In this document: one piece after another, positions 57,870 through 64,000 of the stretch
Layout: each line of letters starts with the position of its first letter
Position numbering within the stretch: position 1 is the stretch's first letter
Origin: Escherichia phage phiE142
Sequence record: NC_055709.1
DNA: 64,000 nucleotides
Reading direction: 5' to 3' (one strand)
Notes under the pieces: generated by a model
The model's input: only the letters and a program-made list of their open reading frames with translations
What the model was told of the DNA's origin: nothing
Databases searched by the model: none
Position numbers and translations under genes: made by a program

Positions 57870-57907
57870 TTAGGACTACTATAACATAGTCCTACCAAGA
57901 TGTAAAC
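57870..57907 (-). promoter_or_regulatory. PeSL cassette (TAGGACTAC/TAGTCCTA arms, GTTTAC)
   Basis: family member upstream of IP-like gene. Confidence 0.55.
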
Positions 57908-58218
57908 TATTTTATGCCTTTAGATGAAATAGTGTTCTGGCGTTTAACCCCAGTTTGTGAAAAATCATGGTTATCAATTTGGTCAACTCGCATAACACCA
58001 AACGCAGATTTAATTTTGGCCTTTGAACCTTTTTTGATACTAATTACCATATAAGTGTCATTTTTCTTATATTCGTAATTTGATACTTCAACGCCTTGAT
58101 TAGAAATTGACTTAATAATAGCATTAGCGTATTCATCATCTAATGGGCCGTTAGTGTTAATAACAAAATTTTTATCCGCTTTAGTAGCTTCAGCGATGAA
58201 TTCTTTATAGGTTTTCAT
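57907..58218 (-). CDS. internal-protein-like protein with capsid-targeting sequence (IPI-like position)
   Basis: N-terminus MKTYKEFIAEA; adjacent to acb1/57A as ipI is in T4. Confidence 0.55.
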   Translation of the reverse strand: MKTYKEFIAEATKADKNFVINTNGPLDDEYANAIIKSISNQGVEVSNYEYKKNDTYMVISIKKGSKAKIKSAFGVMRVDQIDNHDFSQTGVKRQNTISSKGIK

Positions 58219-58243
58219 TTTATTTCCTTGAGGCTGTTTATTT

Positions 58244-58282
58244 GATAGGATGATAGTAACACACCATCATCTTTATGTAAAC
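58244..58282 (-). promoter_or_regulatory. PeSL cassette (GATGAT/ATCATC arms, GTTTAC)
   Basis: upstream of IPI-like gene. Confidence 0.5.
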
Positions 58283-58295
58283 TGTTTTGTGAAAA

Positions 58296-58981
<686 letters not shown>

Positions 58982-58985
58982 TTTA

Positions 58986-59720
58986 TTACCTTAAGATTTT
59001 TTCAATTTTAGAATAAAGCTCTTCTAACGAGCCGTCGTTTGTAATAACTAAGTCGCCTTCTTCAATAGGCAACCCAGCTTCTGTAATATGTTTATCAGTG
59101 GATTCCGTACCAGAGCGAACCACATGAATAACTGTAGCACCCATCGCTCTAGCGGTTTCCATTTCATGGACTTGGCGTGTATCGGTCACAACGTAGTAAT
59201 CGAAATCACTTCCAATATAATCCATATAATTTAATGCAAAAAGCTTAACCCAATACATACGGTCAAATAAATTAACGACAACATCCGTACCGAGGGCTTG
59301 CATAAGACGGCGGATCGACCATGTGTCGTTGATATTATTTATAGCTTCACGCAAGGCTTCGTACGGTTTAATATCTAGATATGAATATCCACCTTCTAAC
59401 GATGATAATACTTTAACATTATTAATTGGTAAATATTGACTTTGCAAATAAATTAGCGCTTCTTCCAATAATTCAATAACATCCAACTTATTGAGATTTA
59501 ATGGTGTTTCACGGTCGTATCCAATGCCTTCAAAGTATTCATATTTCAACTCGGTGAATACATCAGGGTTTTCGACATGTTTACGCTCCCAAGCTATTGC
59601 TAGAGCGTCTTTAATTGGATATGCTAATTGATATTTTATGGATTTAAAGTTTGAATTGATGTAATCAGCAGTAGTGTCTTTACCACTACGTTTGATGCCG
59701 CTTAAAAAGATTAGCTCCAT
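58986..59720 (-). CDS. 1: gp1 deoxynucleoside monophosphate kinase
   Basis: MELIFLSGIKRSGKDTTADYI P-loop; 244 aa. Confidence 0.9.
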   Translation of the reverse strand: MELIFLSGIKRSGKDTTADYINSNFKSIKYQLAYPIKDALAIAWERKHVENPDVFTELKYEYFEGIGYDRETPLNLNKLDVIELLEEALIYLQSQYLPINNVKVLSSLEGGYSYLDIKPYEALREAINNINDTWSIRRLMQALGTDVVVNLFDRMYWVKLFALNYMDYIGSDFDYYVVTDTRQVHEMETARAMGATVIHVVRSGTESTDKHITEAGLPIEEGDLVITNDGSLEELYSKIEKILR

Positions 59721-59773
59721 AGGTTTTCCTCATATAATTTATGAACGATTATAACATATGGAGCTAGAAGCGA

Positions 59774-60358
59774 TTAGCGCAAGGAAGGGTGTCTAGAAAT
59801 GGATTTAGATTCGGCAGCCTGACGTGGTTGTTGAGATACAATGACTTCACCGTCTTTTTCTATCGTCATATACGCGTAATGAATAGTTGCTACGCAAGTA
59901 ACGGCAGGGTCAGAGTCTTCAGTGTAACTAAATTCAATTTCGCTCAAATCAGAAATCCATGGTTTATAGAAATTTGCCGTCAAAACCACTTCAGTCTTAT
60001 TGTTGTTTAAAATGTGTAAAGTAACAAACTCAGGACCATCGGCATGGGCTGTATTATGACCGGTTATATAGTTATTAGTGCTGAGCATCCATTTATACAT
60101 GTTCATCCAGGACGTCATGTCTTCATCAACTATAAATCGTACAATAAAAGGGTCATATTCAAATGTTGTGCCTGCACGCATTGCACGCCCTAGCCCCATT
60201 GTGCCAGTCACAGTTTCAACAACAGGAATTCTCACACCAGGTAATGGAGCTGTTTGAGCATTAAGCACAAAACCTGAAGTTCGTGTACTATCCGGGATAT
60301 CCACAACAAAGTTTGTTATATTTGTTTGGTTAAAAATCTGTCTCGCTGGACGAGTCAT
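59774..60358 (-). CDS. 3: gp3 tail completion / sheath stabiliser
   Basis: position between 1 and 2; GTG extension trimmed to ATG. Confidence 0.7.
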   Translation of the reverse strand: MTRPARQIFNQTNITNFVVDIPDSTRTSGFVLNAQTAPLPGVRIPVVETVTGTMGLGRAMRAGTTFEYDPFIVRFIVDEDMTSWMNMYKWMLSTNNYITGHNTAHADGPEFVTLHILNNNKTEVVLTANFYKPWISDLSEIEFSYTEDSDPAVTCVATIHYAYMTIEKDGEVIVSQQPRQAAESKSISRHPSLR

Positions 60359-60460
60359 AAGCACCTCAAAAACGCTTTAATAAAAATGCAGTATAATGGT
60401 TTTAGGTCTCTTCCATTAATCCGGTTTAGCAGAATATCAGAAGAACGGAAGAGAATAGAA

Positions 60461-61282
60461 TTAAGATTTCCAAACAGTATTCGCAGAGAAACGTTTTCCT
60501 TTTGACATAAACTGCTGAGTAGGTAACATGATTATGTTAGCCCAGTCTTTAGGAGCTATTTCTGTTATTGTTCCTCTAATGTGGCCTGGCAGGTATGCTT
60601 TAATCATTTTGTCAGCACCTTGAAATCCTTTCACCTTGCTCCAGTCTATCTTCAACTTTGTGTTATTAGTAATAGTAGTTGTGCTAGCATATTGCTTCAG
60701 CAATTCTTCAAGAAACTGTTGACGTGCTTTAGGCGGGATATAGTGCAAGTTTAGCCCATACATCAAATTATGTTTACCTAATCCTAAATAAATAATCAAA
60801 GGATATCTGTCCCAATACGGCAGAGTATCTTTATGTTTAGCATCATACACGTAAGTATAAATTTTGCCTGGCGTAGGCTTGACTACTTTATGACCTTTTA
60901 CACTTTTCTTAATTGTTTCAACAAACCATTTAGATGATTTGTTGTTTACTGCTGCGCCTTCATTTCTAATCTTTTCTCGTATTGAACTGCGAAACGAGTT
61001 TATCATCAGAAGTTGACGTTCTTGCTTATTGAGTTTATTTTTAGGTTTAGATTCAAGCGTTTCAATTTTCTGTGCAGTCTTAATAGATGATGCATATCTA
61101 GACATTGCAGATGTAAACGACGAGTATTTTATTCCTTTTGATTCTGCAAATGCTTTTGCGGTGATTCCTTTCTCTTTAGCTTTCTTGTATTCTAATCCTA
61201 TCTCAATCCATTTTCTTTCATTCATAGACTGAGCAATCTTAGGGGCTTGTACGCCTTCAGATATAATTTGGAATATGCTCAT
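60461..61282 (-). CDS. 2: gp2 DNA end-protector protein
   Basis: 273 aa, position and composition as T4 gp2. Confidence 0.85.
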   Translation of the reverse strand: MSIFQIISEGVQAPKIAQSMNERKWIEIGLEYKKAKEKGITAKAFAESKGIKYSSFTSAMSRYASSIKTAQKIETLESKPKNKLNKQERQLLMINSFRSSIREKIRNEGAAVNNKSSKWFVETIKKSVKGHKVVKPTPGKIYTYVYDAKHKDTLPYWDRYPLIIYLGLGKHNLMYGLNLHYIPPKARQQFLEELLKQYASTTTITNNTKLKIDWSKVKGFQGADKMIKAYLPGHIRGTITEIAPKDWANIIMLPTQQFMSKGKRFSANTVWKS

Positions 61283-61284
61283 AA

Positions 61285-61734
61285 TTACCCCTTGTATCCG
61301 AGTTTCCTAAGTCCGTCTTCGGTTAGAACTCGAAATTTTATATTTCTCTTTTCTGCGACAGCAGAAGCAGCTTTCCATTTGTCACAATTCACAGACCAGG
61401 TGTATATTTCATTCATATAACGTTTCTTTGCTGCGGTCGTAAGATTTGCAGGCTTAATAGGTGGCTGAGTTTCTTTCTTTGGTTTTATTTCTACAAAGAA
61501 CTCTTGACCTGATGCATCTTTCATCCATATATCCATAAAGTATCGACGTTTTTTACCTTCTGCGTTACAGAAATATGGAATTACTGCCGTTTCGCTGCCC
61601 CATGCAATAATTTCTGGATTTTTATCTAACCATTCGAAAAAGAATTTTTCCCAGTTTGAACGATACGTTATTTTGGTATGGTCTCCACGGTATTTTTTTA
61701 AATTTTTTGGGACCCATTTACCAGAGTAGGCCAT
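61285..61734 (-). CDS. 4: gp4 head completion protein
   Basis: [19 protein letters not shown]...; internal ATG with AGGAGG SD; track N-extension crosses the divergent promoter region. Confidence 0.85.
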   Translation of the reverse strand: MAYSGKWVPKNLKKYRGDHTKITYRSNWEKFFFEWLDKNPEIIAWGSETAVIPYFCNAEGKKRRYFMDIWMKDASGQEFFVEIKPKKETQPPIKPANLTTAAKKRYMNEIYTWSVNCDKWKAASAVAEKRNIKFRVLTEDGLRKLGYKG

Positions 61735-61745
61735 GTTGTCCTCCT

Positions 61746-61753
61746 TATAAATA
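61746..61753 (+). promoter_or_regulatory. T4-type late promoter TATAAATA for gene 53
   Basis: exact consensus upstream of SD/start of gene 53. Confidence 0.6.
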
Positions 61754-61760
61754 GTATTAT

Positions 61761-61768
61761 TATTTATA
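61761..61768 (-). promoter_or_regulatory. T4-type late promoter TATAAATA for gene 4 (divergent from the gene 53 promoter)
   Basis: exact consensus on minus strand about 25 nt upstream of gene 4 ATG. Confidence 0.55.
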
Positions 61769-61795
61769 CCAATTTCATATTGGAAGGAGACTATC

Positions 61796-62371
61796 TTGTT
61801 ATTTACATTCTTCGACCCAATAGGATATAGTGCTAAAACCATTAATAAGAATGCACCTACTATTCCTATGACAGACATATTTCGTAATTATAAAGAGTAC
61901 TTTAAACGTGTTGCGACCAACTATAGATTACAAACTTATTATATTAAAGGTTCTCCACGCCCAGAAGAACTAGCAAATATCATTTATGGTAATCCACAAT
62001 TATACTGGGTCCTTTTGATGTGTAATGACAATTACGACCCGTATTATGGTTGGATTACATCTCAGGAAGCAGCGTATCAAGCGTCTATTCAGAAATATGC
62101 AAATGCTGGCGGAGACCAAATTCTTTATCATATTAACGAAAAACGCGAGAAATTTTATAACTTAGTTTCATATCCAGATGAGCCATTAGTATGGTATGAT
62201 AAAGGCGATAAAGCTCGTAAGTATCCACAATATAAAGGACCTTTAGCTGCAGTAGATACTTATGAAGCTGCTGTACTAGATAATGAAAAACTTCGTAAAA
62301 TAAAAATTGTTGCAAAAGAAGATATAAACTCGTTTATTACTGATTTGATTCGTGAGATGGAGATTGCATAA
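61796..62371 (+). CDS. 53: gp53 baseplate wedge protein
   Basis: (M)LFTFFDPIGYSAKTINKNAPTIPMTDIF as in T4 gp53; apparent TTG start with GGAGA SD. Confidence 0.85.
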   Translation: MLFTFFDPIGYSAKTINKNAPTIPMTDIFRNYKEYFKRVATNYRLQTYYIKGSPRPEELANIIYGNPQLYWVLLMCNDNYDPYYGWITSQEAAYQASIQKYANAGGDQILYHINEKREKFYNLVSYPDEPLVWYDKGDKARKYPQYKGPLAAVDTYEAAVLDNEKLRKIKIVAKEDINSFITDLIREMEIA

Positions 62372-64000
62372 TGGAAATGATTAGTAGTAGCCTTAATTGG
62401 TTCGTGGGTGTTGTCGAGGACAGAATGGACCCATTGAAACAAGGGCGTGTTCGAGTACGAGTCGTAGGACTTCATCCAGCGCAGAGAGCACAAGGTGACG
62501 TACAAGGTATTCCTACCGAAAAACTTCCATGGATGACTGTTATTCAACCTATTACATCGGCATCAATGTCGGGTATTGGTGGTTCTGTTACAGGCCCTGT
62601 CGAAGGAACTCGAGTATATGGTCATTTCTTAGACAAATGGAAAACAAACGGTATTGTACTCGGTACATATGGTGGAATTGTACGCGAAAAGCCTAATAGA
62701 CTCGAAGGTTTTTCCGACCCTACAGGTCAATATCCACGACGTTTAGGTAATGATACGAACGTATTAAACCAAGGTGGTGAAGCTGGTTATTATTCGAATT
62801 CTAACGTAATTCAAGACAACAACTTGGATTATGGTATAAACCCAGATGATACAGATTTAGCAAATATTCCAGAAGATGATGACCCTAATTTTACAATAAC
62901 AGAAATGTTACGTCGTGATGAAGGTCTTCGTGATAAAGTGTATTGGGACCATCTAGGGTATCCTACAGTAGGTATTGGACACCTTATCGTAATGGAAAAG
63001 ACCCGAGACATGACTCGAATTAATAAATTGTTATCCGATCAAGTAGGGCGTGAAGTAACAGGAAATCCAGGAACTATTACATTAGAAGAAGCAACAGCTC
63101 TATTTGAGAAGGACCTTGCTAAGATGCAGAAAGACATTCGTTCTAATTCTAAAGTAGGTCCTGTTTATGCTAAAATGAACAGGTCTCGTCAAATGGCATT
63201 AGAAAACATGTGCTTCCAAATGGGCGTTGGCGGTGTAGCAAAATTCAATACTATGCTTAAAGCAATGGCCACAGGTGATTGGAAAACTGCATACAAATCT
63301 GGGCGTGATTCATTATGGTTCCAACAGACTAAAGGGCGTGCTTCACGTGTAACAACAATTATTTTAACTGGTAATATGGAATCATATGGCGTTCCTGTTA
63401 AAACACCACCTTCACCAGGAGTCGGTGCCGATTTAGTTACTAGAAATACCGATCCAGAAGACCCGGCTGGTCCTCCTGTTCCATTAGATTCACGCATCCT
63501 TTTTAAAGAACCGGAATCAAGTTATCGTGGTGAGTATCCATACGTTCATGCTATGGAAACAGAAAGTGGTCATATCCAAGAATTTGACGATACTCCAGGT
63601 AATGAACGTTATCGCTTAGTTCATCCAACAGGGTCATATGAGGAAGTTTCTCCATCCGGGCGTCGTACTCGTAAAACTGTAGAAGACCTTTTTGACATCA
63701 CTAATGGTGATGGGAACTTTTTGATTTCTGGCGATAAGCTTGTTAACGTTGGTGCTAATGAAATATATTATAACATGGCAGACCGCCTCCATCAAATAGA
63801 TGGCAATGACACAATCTTTATTCGTGGCAACCAAGTTAAAACTGTTGAAGGCGATGGAACTCTTTACGTTAAGGGCAATATCAAAATAGTCGTTGACGGG
63901 AATGCAGATATTCTTGTTAAAGGCGATGCTAAAACTCAAGTTGAAGGGAATCATGACTATACTGTCAATGGTAATGTTAAATGGACTGTTAATGGTAATG
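62371..64000 (+). CDS. 5: gp5 baseplate hub + tail lysozyme, 3' truncated by window end
   Basis: not in ORF track (no stop); MEMISSSLNWFVGVVEDRMDP OB-fold N-terminus, T4L-like lysozyme domain, beta-helix VxGxxxxxV repeats; TAATG overlap with gene 53. Confidence 0.9.
   Translation, partial: MEMISSSLNWFVGVVEDRMDPLKQGRVRVRVVGLHPAQRAQGDVQGIPTEKLPWMTVIQPITSASMSGIGGSVTGPVEGTRVYGHFLDKWKTNGIVLGTYGGIVREKPNRLEGFSDPTGQYPRRLGNDTNVLNQGGEAGYYSNSNVIQDNNLDYGINPDDTDLANIPEDDDPNFTITEMLRRDEGLRDKVYWDHLGYPTVGIGHLIVMEKTRDMTRINKLLSDQVGREVTGNPGTITLEEATALFEKDLAKMQKDIRSNSKVGPVYAKMNRSRQMALENMCFQMGVGGVAKFNTMLKAMATGDWKTAYKSGRDSLWFQQTKGRASRVTTIILTGNMESYGVPVKTPPSPGVGADLVTRNTDPEDPAGPPVPLDSRILFKEPESSYRGEYPYVHAMETESGHIQEFDDTPGNERYRLVHPTGSYEEVSPSGRRTRKTVEDLFDITNGDGNFLISGDKLVNVGANEIYYNMADRLHQIDGNDTIFIRGNQVKTVEGDGTLYVKGNIKIVVDGNADILVKGDAKTQVEGNHDYTVNGNVKWTVNGN

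Noticed and set aside
57541-57907. Possible CRISPR-like array suggested by repeated AGGACTACTATAACATAGTCCT elements
   Set aside because: Repeats are separated by whole genes (hundreds to thousands of bp), each carries promoter hexamers, and spacing is irregular; they are promoter stem-loop cassettes, not a CRISPR array

Overview
This window reads as a T4-like (Tevenvirinae) phage genome segment, with the DNA polymerase N-terminus matching what I recall of RB69 gp43. Almost every gene is on the minus strand, in the T4 early/middle order: (Sp-like)/small genes, 41, 40, uvsX, 42, 43, regA, 62, 44, 45, rpbA, 46, 47, 55, nrdG, nrdD, 49, nrdC, rI, tk, regB, denV, e, nudE, tRNAs, acb1(57B), 57A, 1, 3, 2, 4. 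It then switches to plus-strand late genes 53 and 5 (3' truncated). All homology calls come from reading the translations and motifs by eye; no searches were run. The ORF track evidently allows TTG/GTG starts, so several N-termini were trimmed to an in-frame ATG that I checked in the sequence; starts of hypothetical genes remain approximate. The most notable content is a sugar-nucleotide biosynthesis/transfer module occupying the slots where T4 carries beta-gt and imm (between uvsX/42 and 43), and no alpha-gt after gene 47. That fits an RB69-type arabinosyl-hmC DNA hypermodification system rather than glucosylation. Also present: at least 20 early-promoter stem-loop cassettes (PeSL-like) flanking small accessory genes; seven proteins with the T4 capsid-targeting N-terminal signature; a macrodomain protein; an AAA+ ATPase next to a Pol-beta nucleotidyltransferase; a 2OG-oxygenase-like protein; a tandem triplicated small-protein family; and a tRNA islet (tRNA-Arg, a probable CAU-anticodon tRNA, a tRNA-like fragment). 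No CRISPR array, integrase or transposase was seen.
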